A stretch of DNA of 64,000 bases, from assembly GCA_030688365.1 (NCBI GenBank), contig JAUYIE010000020.1:16337-80336 (forward strand), read 5' to 3'. The notes under the pieces were generated by a model. It made no database searches and was not told where the DNA came from. It saw nothing but the letters and a program-made list of their open reading frames with translations. The DNA comes from a bacterium. Lineage in GTDB: Bacteria; Patescibacteriota; Patescibacteriia; JACQRZ01. How positions within the stretch are numbered: the stretch's first letter is position 1; every line of letters begins with the position of its first letter. Position numbers and translations under genes: made by a program. This document shows, piece by piece, positions 40,836 to 51,167 of the stretch.

Positions 40836-41828
40836 TTATAACTTTATAGCTTTGCATTTACTTTTTTTGATGCGAGCGAGAAGTGTCTTTTTTGTCATCA
40901 GACCTTCTTGTGGTCCGATATGTTCAATAACTGACGCAGCATTTACCGCACCCCAGACTAATGCATCGGCGATTGATTTTTCATGACACAGCGCCGCCAA
41001 AAATCCAGTAGAAAAACTATCACCCGCACCTGTTTTTTCAAGTACTTTTGCTGGGACATTTTTCATATGATATTGTTTCTTGCCATCAGAAGCATACGCA
41101 CCTTTATCTCCATCGGTGATAACAACAATGTCGGAACCTAACATGCGTAGTTGTACCATACGTTCTTCCATAGAACCCATCGTACGATCGCCGAGTAATT
41201 TTTCTGCTTCTTCTTTATTGACGATAAGTAGGTTTGAACGTTTTAGGATAGGAAGTAAAGATTTTGTACCTGCTAAGAGTTGATGTGTTCCAGGGTTGAA
41301 AGCGAGAAGTGCCCCTGTGTTATCAATGTGGTTTAATAATTGCTTGTGAACAACAGGAAATCCTTTTCCCATGGAGGTCAAATAAATCCATTTCGCGGTT
41401 GATAGTTTTGGAAGGTTGTATTTTCGGGGTTGATGGTATACCAACTCTGTGCGTTCAGTTTTAAAATTGATCGCGATAGAAAGATTACTTTGGCTCTTTT
41501 TTTGTACCAAGAGATATTTAAGTGAAACTTTTTCTCTTTTTACTAACTTTAGAATGTTTTTACCTATCTCGTCGTCTCCTATAGCACTGTAAAATGCAGC
41601 TTTCAGACCTAGCCGTGCCGACCCGACTGCATTGTTGCATGCGTTTCCTCCTATGACGGATTTCAGGCTCCTAATTGGAATTTTTTCCGCATAATTTAAG
41701 CAAAGCCAACAGTTCTCTCCATCAAGATTACAGAGAAGCGATGCGGTGTCTAATTGTACAAAATGGTCAAGAGAGGTATCGCCTATGGAAATAATATCAT
41801 AGACGTATCGGGTCGTTTTTTTAGACAT
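40836..41828 (-). CDS. PfkB-family carbohydrate kinase
   Basis: GGNACN.A.G, N.EEA, TGAGDSF. Confidence 0.92.
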   Translation of the reverse strand: MSKKTTRYVYDIISIGDTSLDHFVQLDTASLLCNLDGENCWLCLNYAEKIPIRSLKSVIGGNACNNAVGSARLGLKAAFYSAIGDDEIGKNILKLVKREKVSLKYLLVQKKSQSNLSIAINFKTERTELVYHQPRKYNLPKLSTAKWIYLTSMGKGFPVVHKQLLNHIDNTGALLAFNPGTHQLLAGTKSLLPILKRSNLLIVNKEEAEKLLGDRTMGSMEERMVQLRMLGSDIVVITDGDKGAYASDGKKQYHMKNVPAKVLEKTGAGDSFSTGFLAALCHEKSIADALVWGAVNAASVIEHIGPQEGLMTKKTLLARIKKSKCKAIKL

Positions 41829-41871
41829 GGGGTTTTCAACAAATGAATGAGTATACCTGTAGTATACCACA

Positions 41872-42204
41872 TTATTGTTTGTCTTTCTTTGATGCAATGG
41901 CGACGGCGCGTGTGAGACGCGTCAAGTTTTGATGTATCCGCTCCATACGAGCATAAATACGGAAAAGAAGATAGAAGATGAGAATAATAGAAAGATAAAA
42001 TACCGCATCTGCGCCACGTCCAACATGTAAAACTTGAGCTACAATGTTACTGATATTTGGATACCATACTGCAAAACCCATTGCTCCCCATAAACTAATC
42101 CATACAACAAAAATAGGGAGGGTAAAGTTTTTTTGTCTCAGTTTGCTTATCGCGTTAATGATAACGAGTCCCGCAATGATAGAGATGAGAAGTTGTATAG
42201 CCAT
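41872..42204 (-). CDS. DUF2304 membrane protein
   Basis: VGRGAD.VFY, LT.L.R.VAI; follows a GT2 gene. Confidence 0.85.
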   Translation of the reverse strand: MAIQLLISIIAGLVIINAISKLRQKNFTLPIFVVWISLWGAMGFAVWYPNISNIVAQVLHVGRGADAVFYLSIILIFYLLFRIYARMERIHQNLTRLTRAVAIASKKDKQ

Positions 42205-42206
42205 AT

Positions 42207-42935
42207 TTATGAAGAAAGTTTACTCCATATTACACGAGCGGCGATTTTTAGAGCATTGAGTGAATTTTGTCCTCGTGCTTGCGCTGCTACCATGATTTCA
42301 TCATTATATAACGTTGTTACAGGGACTTCCACATATCGCAATTTATGTTTGGCAATTTCATCCAGGATTTCCGATGCATGGGAGTAGCGATCTTGAACGA
42401 TTTGGATTTTATCCGCAGCATAGCGATTCATAGCGCGAAAACCATTGTGAGTGTCTGTCAAATTAAGTCCGGAAATGATATGAGTAAAAAGGATACCGCC
42501 TTTCAAAACAAAACGTCTCATAGCAGGTATCTTACTTGAATTGTCTATAAATCGAGACCCCAAAGCTATATCAGCTCGTCCTTCTAAAATCGGCTTAATC
42601 ATACTGGGTATCTGACTTGCAAGCATTTGTCCATCAGCATCAAAATGTACGATGATATGCGCGCCTTGTGCAAGCGCATAATCCATGCCGGTACGTAACG
42701 CAGCTCCTTGTCCTCGGTTGATGGGGTGTCTTAGGACATGTGCACCACCCAACGCTGCTTCCTTATCGGTACGATCCTTTGAACAGTCGTCCACAACAAC
42801 AATATTGGGAATATATTGCTTGACTTGTCGCACTGCTTCTCGTACACGCCGTTGTTCATTGTATGCCGGAATAACCGCCCATATTGAGGTATAGATCGCC
42901 GGTACCTTTGCTTTTCCTGTGGTTTCCTCGCTCAT
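42207..42935 (-). CDS. GT2 glycosyltransferase
   Basis: VIPAYNE, DDCS.D, NRGQGAA, HFDADGQ, TD.HNGFR. Confidence 0.92.
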   Translation of the reverse strand: MSEETTGKAKVPAIYTSIWAVIPAYNEQRRVREAVRQVKQYIPNIVVVDDCSKDRTDKEAALGGAHVLRHPINRGQGAALRTGMDYALAQGAHIIVHFDADGQMLASQIPSMIKPILEGRADIALGSRFIDNSSKIPAMRRFVLKGGILFTHIISGLNLTDTHNGFRAMNRYAADKIQIVQDRYSHASEILDEIAKHKLRYVEVPVTTLYNDEIMVAAQARGQNSLNALKIAARVIWSKLSS

Positions 42936-43058
42936 ATAGATATTTTGAGGGTTTTCTAAGTACCCCTATCCTATCAGTATATCGCTAATTTTGGCAAGAG
43001 AGATGAAATTATAGGGATTTTATGGTAAGGTACATCCACTATTATTTTTTATCTTTAT

Positions 43059-43877
43059 ATGTCTTCTACTATCGGGATTATTGGACACGGTTTTGTTGGT
43101 AAGGCGCAAGAGTTTCTGTTTAAAACAAAGGATCTTCCTATTTTGTATCATGACAAATTTTTGGAGAGTATGACACTAGAAGAGGTAGTACAAGAGACAG
43201 ATTATATATTTGTGTGTGTACCGACACCATACAAGGATGACGCGATTGATTTGACTATCATAGATGAGGTGATCGGGCAGATTGCCCCCTTGGCAGCAAA
43301 TACAAAAAAGATAGTTATTATAAAATCTACTGTGATTCCTGGTACGACAAGTACATATAAAAAAAAATATCCTGATTGTCATTTCGCGATGAGCCCAGAA
43401 TTTTTACGAGAAAAACATTATGAGGAAGATGTCATGAACCCCGATCGTATTGTTGTGGGAAGTGATGAAAAGGACATTGCCACACGCGTTGTTGATCTGT
43501 ATAAGATGGCGCTACCAGATGCGCACTACTTTGAATCAGATGCGACGTCGGCAGAAATGGTGAAATATATGTCAAATTGTTTTCTTGCGACAAAAGTGAT
43601 ATTTGCCAATGAGATGTTTGACTTGTGTGAGGTGTTGAACGTGGATTATGATACGGTGAAAGTAATGGTATCGGCGGATACACGCATCGGCGGATATATG
43701 GATGTGACCGAATGGCGCGGTTTTGGTGATAAATGTTTCCCCAAAGACATGATCGCACTTCGTGCATTGTTTAAAAAAATGGGAGTAAATGATGATCTTT
43801 TAAAAACCGTGTGGGAAAAAAATCTGCGTATCCGCAAAGTAAGAAATTGGGAGGATATTCCCTTTGTGAAGGGATAA
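43059..43877 (+). CDS. UDP-glucose/GDP-mannose dehydrogenase family protein (short form)
   Basis: GHGFVG, CVPTP, KSTV.PGT, PEFLRE, GFG..CFPKD. Confidence 0.88.
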   Translation: MSSTIGIIGHGFVGKAQEFLFKTKDLPILYHDKFLESMTLEEVVQETDYIFVCVPTPYKDDAIDLTIIDEVIGQIAPLAANTKKIVIIKSTVIPGTTSTYKKKYPDCHFAMSPEFLREKHYEEDVMNPDRIVVGSDEKDIATRVVDLYKMALPDAHYFESDATSAEMVKYMSNCFLATKVIFANEMFDLCEVLNVDYDTVKVMVSADTRIGGYMDVTEWRGFGDKCFPKDMIALRALFKKMGVNDDLLKTVWEKNLRIRKVRNWEDIPFVKG

Positions 43878-43898
43878 CCTTTACTCTTCAAAAATTTT

Positions 43899-44372
43899 CT
43901 ATTCAAAAAAACTGTGCAAGAAATCGTGTTTGCGTAGAAAGGGGAGTTTTGTAAACCAACTATCCAGACCCCATGTTTGACCCGCGTTCATTGTCAATAG
44001 CGCGAGAAGCCCTGTGGCGTATATGATGTGATCGTCCACGATCAATGAATGAGCATCAGGATGTAACATACCCAGTGGAAGCCAATATAAAATCATCAAA
44101 AGAACACCCAATGCACTGGATAATCGAACACATACACCAAGAATAAGTGAAACACCCAAGAGTGTGAGCCCCCAAATATTGATGAAGTTTACAGTCGGAA
44201 GTATATCTGGACTTGCAAGCCAATGAAAAAAAATGGGTAGTGTTTTGGCGGAGGCGAGATACCCAGCAGCTGAAAATTTTGGGTTAAGCAAATGAGTAAC
44301 GCCTGCGTATAAAAACATCCAACCCATGGCGAGGCGAAAAAGGACGAGTGAAATTTTTTGAAACAGTGTCAT
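43899..44372 (-). CDS. DoxX family membrane protein
   Basis: RL.MGW.FL.AG, G..L.LG...R, GLD. Confidence 0.85.
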   Translation of the reverse strand: MTLFQKISLVLFRLAMGWMFLYAGVTHLLNPKFSAAGYLASAKTLPIFFHWLASPDILPTVNFINIWGLTLLGVSLILGVCVRLSSALGVLLMILYWLPLGMLHPDAHSLIVDDHIIYATGLLALLTMNAGQTWGLDSWFTKLPFLRKHDFLHSFFE

Positions 44373-44415
44373 ACGAAAATGATAAATGGTTAGATGTGTG
44401 AATGATCATTTTTTG

Positions 44416-45636
44416 CTACTCTGGTGGAGAACATATTTCACAGTATTCACAGAGTTTGACATCTTTTCTGAAGGCACGCATCGCTTTTAAGGGTGGGAGG
44501 ATAGAGAAAAAATATCGCATGTCCGCCAGCCGGCGTAATGTCCATCCGATTGTACCGTAAAATGCAAGAGGCCCCATCAGTGTGACAGCCCATCCCTGGC
44601 CGACCGGCAATGAGTAATAAGGACGCTTGGCTTTATAGGATTCTTTTTTTGTGCGGGTGAGTGTATGTTCAATATTGTGGGCGGTCAATATCCCGTCATA
44701 GATTGCTGTTTGTGCCATGCCGACATACTGTGTCGCGGCACCATCACCAAGAATAAAAACACCGGGAAATTTTTTGGCTTGTAAGTATGTATCAACCATC
44801 ACTCTCCCTTGTTTATTAAACGTGAGATCTTTGATGGCTTGATAGAGGGTGTTTGGTTTTGTCCCCGCCGTCCAGATCACCGTACGTGTTTTTATCGCAG
44901 ATTCTTGCATGAAGAGTTGTTCAATGTTTTCTTTTACCATACGATGTTCGGTTATTATATTGATTCCCAACACACGTAGACGTTGTGCCACGCGCGCAGA
45001 CACAGACGCAGGAAAGGCGGGAAGGATGCGCGGTGCACCTTCTATCAAATCTATACTGATCAAAGATGTTGGAATATGATGTTGTAGCGCAAGTTTTTTT
45101 GTATACAATGCTAGTTCTCCCGCCAACTCAACACCACTTGCTCCACCACCGGCAATCACAAAATGCAACCGACATGTTTTCTCTTTTTTTGTCGCATGAT
45201 GTGTCTGACAATATTTAAACATCTCATGTAAATGTTTTTTTAGACGCAGAGCCTGTTCAAATGTAGTAAATCCAAAAGAAAACTTTTCAATGCCGGGAAT
45301 ATGAAAATATGCAGGCTCGGATCCTAACGCAATGACGAGAAAATCGCTGTCATAATGTTTCCCATTGAGTCCTGTCGCTCTTTTTTTACGAATATCAATA
45401 GCAGTGATCGTATCTATGACAATATTTAATTTTTTGTTGGGAAATATTTCACTTAGTGGCACGCATGCTTCAAGTGGAGATTGTCCGGTAACGATGCGAT
45501 AGAGGGCAGGTTGATATTCAAGATGTAGATTTTTTGAAATCAAAGTAATGTCTAATTTACAATCACGGAGTTTTTGTAATTCTTGTGCAACGGCGATACC
45601 GCCAAATCCACCGCCAATAATTAAAACTTTTTTCAT
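44416..45636 (-). CDS. type II NADH dehydrogenase-like FAD oxidoreductase
   Basis: two Rossmann motifs GGGFGG and GGGASGVELAGE, IWTAG, GD.A. Confidence 0.88.
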   Translation of the reverse strand: MKKVLIIGGGFGGIAVAQELQKLRDCKLDITLISKNLHLEYQPALYRIVTGQSPLEACVPLSEIFPNKKLNIVIDTITAIDIRKKRATGLNGKHYDSDFLVIALGSEPAYFHIPGIEKFSFGFTTFEQALRLKKHLHEMFKYCQTHHATKKEKTCRLHFVIAGGGASGVELAGELALYTKKLALQHHIPTSLISIDLIEGAPRILPAFPASVSARVAQRLRVLGINIITEHRMVKENIEQLFMQESAIKTRTVIWTAGTKPNTLYQAIKDLTFNKQGRVMVDTYLQAKKFPGVFILGDGAATQYVGMAQTAIYDGILTAHNIEHTLTRTKKESYKAKRPYYSLPVGQGWAVTLMGPLAFYGTIGWTLRRLADMRYFFSILPPLKAMRAFRKDVKLCEYCEICSPPE

Positions 45637-45743
45637 ATGAAACAATTATATCAAATATATGATATAGTTTATACTGGATTGTAAAAAATATATCTGGAAT
45701 TAACAGAGGATTATATATACTTTAATATACAAAATAAAATATT

Positions 45744-46170
45744 ATGAAGGAATTTGCTTTTACCTTTGATGTGATTGGTCACGGAAGAGCACCAACGCTT
45801 GTTGCGGCATATCTTATAAAAAAAGGTAAACGTGCGGTGAACGCTGAACGTTTTATAAAATTGAAATGCCAGTCTATACATTTAAATAATGCGCAACAAA
45901 AAACACTAGAGGATTTTAGTAAAAAATGATCGCTATCTGCGTATGAAAATTCATGTTAAAGAAACATTTAAGATAGTTTCAGTTCCTGTTGTAATTGCGT
46001 CGCTCTATTGTTTGTCTCTCGTGATCCTTGTTCTTTTTGGATTAAGTACTGTCGCAAGGGATTTGTACATTATTAGATGAAGCAAAAAAACGTCGTCATG
46101 AAATTTTGAATCTTGTTGTGGTATTCCTTAGTGTAGCTATCATCGGCTATATAATCTGGCTGTATGTGAT
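45744..46170 (+). pseudogene. remnants of a dual-specificity phosphatase and a membrane protein gene
   Basis: GHGRAPTLVAAYLI lacks the upstream HC nucleophile; the next ORF from ~45943 is interrupted by a frameshift. Confidence 0.55.
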
Positions 46171-46215
46171 TGTTGAATATACAGGGAAGTGGTTGTATAT
46201 TTGGGAGTAAAATTT

Positions 46216-46290
46216 TGGAGCGGGTAAGGGGAATCGGACCCCTATCTCGACCTTGGCAAGGTCATATAATAACCATTATACGATACCCGC
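46216..46290 (-). tRNA. tRNA-Gly(GCC)
   Basis: GCGGGTA/TACCCGC acceptor, TGACC-TTGCCAA-GGTCG, U73 and CCA; T-loop reads TCCGA. Confidence 0.92.
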
Positions 46291-46366
46291 GTATGGTATT
46301 GCCGTACAGAAACTCTATCAATATGACAGCCAATCGTCAAGAGAAACAATGCGCGCGTGATGTGTA

Positions 46367-49300
46367 TTATTTTTTAGTGTTTGTTTTTCTTTGGATATAT
46401 ACACCACTTGCAAGAAAAATAATGCCAAAGAGCGATACGACACCGATTTGGGTGAGGGGTATTGGGGCGTTCGTGCCAGTGAGGGAGAGCGTTGTATTAC
46501 TGAGTGTTGATGTGTTTGTATTTGACGTTGTTATATTTGTGTTTTCTGAAACTACGAGATCATCAGTGGTGCGTGGAAGTATCCTGTATCCACTGCTTGT
46601 TTGACTAACCACCCCAGTTACCTGCACAATATCACCACTCGCGATTTTTATATGTGGTATACCAGTGGATGCTTTGACATATATTCGGGCTTCATCATCG
46701 CCATCATCAATATATATACTTGGCCATTGCACTTTGACTACGTCGCCTTGTAGACGAACCAGACTGCCTTCGTACTCTTCATTGACTTGGCTGGCAGTTA
46801 TATCATGCGGTGTGGGTGGTTGGCCGTGAGAAATAAGTGTGATATCACTTTTTTGTGAAACTTTGAGACGCTCTTCATTACTGATTTGAGACAGGACACC
46901 GGCTATTTTTATCGTATCACCGCGCGCGAGCGTGGGTATTTGATTTTTTGAAACATACACCTGTACGCCTGATCCTGCCAAGTAAAAAATATTCGCACCC
47001 AGTACGCCTGGTACTGATGCAACAACACCTTCGGTAACGATTGATGTGTTTAACGGAAAATCGCGTATCTGATCCAACGCTACTGTCAATCGTGATGAGG
47101 TATTTGCAGAGGATGTTGAATTTTTTGTACTTGTTGCGTGTGTCGTACTTGTGGACGTAGTGCCTTGCTGGTTTGAAAGAGTCACGGACAAATCAATGAC
47201 ATTTTCTTGTCCGGGAGTGACCATCTTTGACCAAACAAAATCGTTGTTGTCAGTGCGATTGAGACTTTGTGCTTCAGGTGCAGTTTCATAAAAAACAGTA
47301 TCAATCACATTTCCGTGTGTGTCGTATAGCACGACAGTGTCCGCGATATTGCGGAGTTGTATTTTTTCTTGTGCGGTGGTCAAGAGTAGATATCCATTCG
47401 CTGGTATCATTGTTGACGTGGAATATGTGTATGATTTTTTGCCCAACTGAAATGCCACACGCCATCTCGATATATCAACGGGCTCGTCAGAGGTGTTGAC
47501 AAGTTCAATAAATTCATCTGTATCTTTTCCTTTTGGGTTGGGAAATATTTCATTGATGACGATGGACGATATGATATTTATACTTTCTTGTGGAATCGGT
47601 GCATCCTTGATTTCGATTTCGTCAGTGGTGTCAGAAGGTGCAATGTTTTGTATCGATTCCTTGATGGTGATTGTCTTAGTGGTGATTTTTTTATTGGTAC
47701 CGTCAGTGACGGTCAGGCTGATTTTGTATCGGCCTGCTTTATCATAATGATGACTCAACGCGATTCCTTCACCTTTTTGTCCATCGCCAAAATCCCATGT
47801 ATATGTCAAAGGATCTTGTTCGGGGTCAATGGTATCTGATGCATCACATGGTATTTCTTCTAACACGGTACCGGTGGTGGGGACTTGCAAATCAAGGTCA
47901 GGTGGTTGATTTGCTATTGTCTTTATATTTTCTCCTCCTGGTGTTGGTGTTGTGGTCCATCCTGTCTGACCGTCGTTAAATAATACATACGATTGTCCTT
48001 GTATTGCTTTTTCTGTGTACGTAAAAACGGCATTTGGTTTTTCTCCATTAGGTTGATACAGTTTGATGCCGTCACCACCGGTGTTTTTGAGTGCAAGCCC
48101 GGTAACAGTACGCGATAATACAAAATAATGATGTGCAGGAATGATGGTTGATGTGAGTTTTTTTGCGTTGACGATGTATTTGCGCCCTGCATTGTTTATC
48201 ACCTCCCAATTCAAAAGATCAATGTCACTATCACCGCCGTTGTATAGTTCAATGAATTCGCCTTTGGTATCGGGACCGATAGGGTTTGGTAATAGTTCGG
48301 TGATACTGATGTTTTTGATAAAAGGTAATGTGTCGCCACCAGTCGGACTATCAGGGTCAATGATAACGTTTGAACTTCCTTTGGTGGGGTGTGCTGTGAT
48401 TTGAAAGTCAAAAGTGTTGTTGTATGTATTGGCACCATCTTTTACGCGAGCTACTGAAAACGGATCTTTGGCGACTGGTGCGTTATTTTGATCATTGTCA
48501 TCTGCCCAGTTTCCATATGCGACCTCATCAATAATATCGCCGGTCGGGCTTTTGAGGATGATAACATCGCCGGGGTTGTTTAGTTTTCCTTTTGGATTTT
48601 CTACGACAAAAAATCGTGTATTTGCGTTTGAGCCGATCGCACCTGCAAGTATTGTTTTACCTTTTGAGCCGTCTTCTATTGTCCAACCAGCAAGATCTAT
48701 GTTTTTGATGAGCGGATTGTATAACTCTATCCATTCTGTGTCGTCGTCTGTCGGGTCGGATACAAACTCGTTGATTAAAAGATCGCCTCTTGAAAATGTT
48801 GGTGGTGAGGTAGACGGTGTTTCGTTATGTGGTGGTGGAGTTTCATTCGATGGTGGCGGTGTTTCGTCGTTTGGAGGATCTTGTTCATCAGGTGGCGGTG
48901 TGTCATCGTCTAGTGGGGGAACATCATCATCGGGAGGGGTAGATTCTGATTCGTCGGGGATAGTACTAGCGTCATTGACCGCACCGATTGTGTTGCTCGT
49001 TGAGTGTTCTATCCAGTTTGTGTTTGTATAATCATTTATTATTGCGTCTATTCTTTCTAGTGAGTGAGTTGGCGCCGCCGGGATATATGTGAATTGTTCA
49101 ACAATCGTACCAGTATTGTCTTTTAGCGCGATAGATTCACCAGATTCATTGAGTGTTGACCACGCACTGTCTATTAGCGTGCCGGTAAATGCGGGATAGT
49201 CGGATGCTGTGTTTATGGCAACATCAGCAATCACTGCGTATTCACCCGGTTCAATGATCATGTCGCCTTGATATGCGTTAAGGCCATGATTGGTGTCATT

Positions 49301-49495
49301 TTCAAAAAATTTCCATCCAGTCATATCCACAGGTTCCGGTCCTTTATTGTAGATTTCAACCCATTCATGATCAGAGTTTTCTGATGCGCCGATTTCGTTG
49401 ATGACCATATCCGCACTTATCGCATGGGCGGGAGGTGGAAGGATCGGCGCGAATGAAATTAAAAAAAGAACGGTGATAACTAAAGAACGCGACAT
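46367..49495 (-). CDS. surface protein with four lamin-tail domains, PKD and OB-fold domains, C-terminal TM
   Basis: repeated INE..(P)...EW/FIE.YN, YTWDFGDG...H.Y..AG.Y PKD, signal peptide. Confidence 0.85.
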   Translation of the reverse strand: MSRSLVITVLFLISFAPILPPPAHAISADMVINEIGASENSDHEWVEIYNKGPEPVDMTGWKFFENDTNHGLNAYQGDMIIEPGEYAVIADVAINTASDYPAFTGTLIDSAWSTLNESGESIALKDNTGTIVEQFTYIPAAPTHSLERIDAIINDYTNTNWIEHSTSNTIGAVNDASTIPDESESTPPDDDVPPLDDDTPPPDEQDPPNDETPPPSNETPPPHNETPSTSPPTFSRGDLLINEFVSDPTDDDTEWIELYNPLIKNIDLAGWTIEDGSKGKTILAGAIGSNANTRFFVVENPKGKLNNPGDVIILKSPTGDIIDEVAYGNWADDNDQNNAPVAKDPFSVARVKDGANTYNNTFDFQITAHPTKGSSNVIIDPDSPTGGDTLPFIKNISITELLPNPIGPDTKGEFIELYNGGDSDIDLLNWEVINNAGRKYIVNAKKLTSTIIPAHHYFVLSRTVTGLALKNTGGDGIKLYQPNGEKPNAVFTYTEKAIQGQSYVLFNDGQTGWTTTPTPGGENIKTIANQPPDLDLQVPTTGTVLEEIPCDASDTIDPEQDPLTYTWDFGDGQKGEGIALSHHYDKAGRYKISLTVTDGTNKKITTKTITIKESIQNIAPSDTTDEIEIKDAPIPQESINIISSIVINEIFPNPKGKDTDEFIELVNTSDEPVDISRWRVAFQLGKKSYTYSTSTMIPANGYLLLTTAQEKIQLRNIADTVVLYDTHGNVIDTVFYETAPEAQSLNRTDNNDFVWSKMVTPGQENVIDLSVTLSNQQGTTSTSTTHATSTKNSTSSANTSSRLTVALDQIRDFPLNTSIVTEGVVASVPGVLGANIFYLAGSGVQVYVSKNQIPTLARGDTIKIAGVLSQISNEERLKVSQKSDITLISHGQPPTPHDITASQVNEEYEGSLVRLQGDVVKVQWPSIYIDDGDDEARIYVKASTGIPHIKIASGDIVQVTGVVSQTSSGYRILPRTTDDLVVSENTNITTSNTNTSTLSNTTLSLTGTNAPIPLTQIGVVSLFGIIFLASGVYIQRKTNTKK

Positions 49496-49647
49496 AGAAA
49501 AAATAACAAGAATAAAAATTAGTTTCATTATATCAAAGACAGTGATTTTTTGCAGGCCTAACCGATGTTGTCTATTCACACCTTGACAGTATTAAAGGGG
49601 TGTGATAGTCTATTTTTTGTATATTATAGATTCAGGAGGAATCGCAA

Positions 49648-49926
49648 ATGCCGTGGTTAGAAAGTTTTGAAAAAGCACATACAGACAAAGAAATTGATGA
49701 AACACAAAAAACGATCATCGCCGCTTCTACGCTAGCAAGTGTTGGCAATATTTCACGAGCAATACGACACATAGAGGGGCACATTAAAAAATTTCCTGAT
49801 AGTAATACTATGGAAGTTCACTCTCTATTAGGAGATTTGTTGGCTAGAAATGGCCATTTTGAATTATCGGCGGGGGTTTTTGGTAACGCATTACGATGTT
49901 TTATCAACAAAGAAGTAGTAGAATAA
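49648..49926 (+). CDS. small TPR-like hypothetical protein
   Basis: AGGAGG RBS, upstream TTGACA promoter, helical pattern. Confidence 0.6.
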   Translation: MPWLESFEKAHTDKEIDETQKTIIAASTLASVGNISRAIRHIEGHIKKFPDSNTMEVHSLLGDLLARNGHFELSAGVFGNALRCFINKEVVE

Positions 49927-50034
49927 ATTTTCATCAAAAAAATATTTTGGGAATCCCTACTTAATTGCGGGATCCCTATTTTTTTCCGCAAAATTCCAAT
50001 GATATGCTACAATATACACATCATATATATTTCC

Positions 50035-50700
50035 ATGCCAATACAAAAACTCATGCAGATGCTGGGTGCCAAACCACGCCTTCGCGATACGCATCTCAAA
50101 TATAAAATCTGCGTTTCAGGATCGGCCGCCGGCAAAAGCGTCGAGTCGAGCATGATTGAAAAAGCAAAAGAAGTGGGACAACAAATAGCCATGCACAATG
50201 GTGTTTTGGTGACCGGTGCTACGACCGGCATCCCGTACGCCGCCGCGATTGGTGCCAAAGAAATCGGTGGTATCAGTATTGGATTTTCTCCTGCTGCTAC
50301 TGAACTTTCACACGTTAAGAAATATCAACTGCCAGTAGACATGTTTGACCTTATCATCTACACGGGTTTTGAATATTCCGGGCGCAATTTAATTCTTACT
50401 CGTAGTTCTGATGCTGTCATCATTATTGGAGGACGTATTGGCACAATGAATGAATTTACCATCGCGTTTGAAGATAAAAAACCGATCGGTGTTTTGGAAG
50501 GGCTTGGTGGAACAGCAGACATGCTTCATCAGTTTGTGGAATACTCCGGTCGTGGTCATGGTAAGATGGTTTATGACACTGACCCCAAAGCATTGGTAGA
50601 GCGATTGATTGAACTCATTGATAAAGAAAAAGTGGTAACCATTTCTAAAAAAGAATACGCCAAAGTAAAAATGACGAAACAGTCTCGTCGTCGCGGGTAA
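50035..50700 (+). CDS. LOG/SLOG family protein (TIGR00725-like)
   Basis: TGATTG.P, GRN.I..RSSD, GGRIGT.NEF. Confidence 0.85.
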   Translation: MPIQKLMQMLGAKPRLRDTHLKYKICVSGSAAGKSVESSMIEKAKEVGQQIAMHNGVLVTGATTGIPYAAAIGAKEIGGISIGFSPAATELSHVKKYQLPVDMFDLIIYTGFEYSGRNLILTRSSDAVIIIGGRIGTMNEFTIAFEDKKPIGVLEGLGGTADMLHQFVEYSGRGHGKMVYDTDPKALVERLIELIDKEKVVTISKKEYAKVKMTKQSRRRG

Positions 50701-50711
50701 TAGAGACTTTT

Positions 50712-51167
50712 ATGAAAAAAGAAACGATTTACATTGCGTCCGACCATGGAGGATTTCTTCTCAAAGAAACATTGAAACGATATCTTGAGTCGTTGGGATT
50801 TGTTGTACTTGATGTGGGGGCGACGAGCTTAAACGATACAGATGACTATCCGCAGTATGCGTTTGCGCTTGCACATGAAGTAGTGAGCAAACAAAAATCG
50901 CGCGGAATAGTACTTTGTGGAAGCGGGCAAGGGGTGTGCATTACTGCCAATAGGATGAAAGGTATCCGTGCGGTGCAGGCGTGGAATGTAGCATCAGCAA
51001 AAATGAGTCGCAACGATGATGATGCAAACGTGCTATGTCTGGGCGCTCGTCTCATTTCCACAAGACAGGCAAAAGAAATAGTGAACGTGTGGCTTGAAAC
51101 ACCATTTGCAAAAGAGACACGATTCAAGCGTAGGATTAAAAAGATTGATAAGGGAAAAGCGGTGTGA
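50712..51167 (+). CDS. rpiB: ribose-5-phosphate isomerase B
   Basis: ASDHGG, DYP, CGSGQG, ANVLCLG. Confidence 0.95.
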   Translation: MKKETIYIASDHGGFLLKETLKRYLESLGFVVLDVGATSLNDTDDYPQYAFALAHEVVSKQKSRGIVLCGSGQGVCITANRMKGIRAVQAWNVASAKMSRNDDDANVLCLGARLISTRQAKEIVNVWLETPFAKETRFKRRIKKIDKGKAV

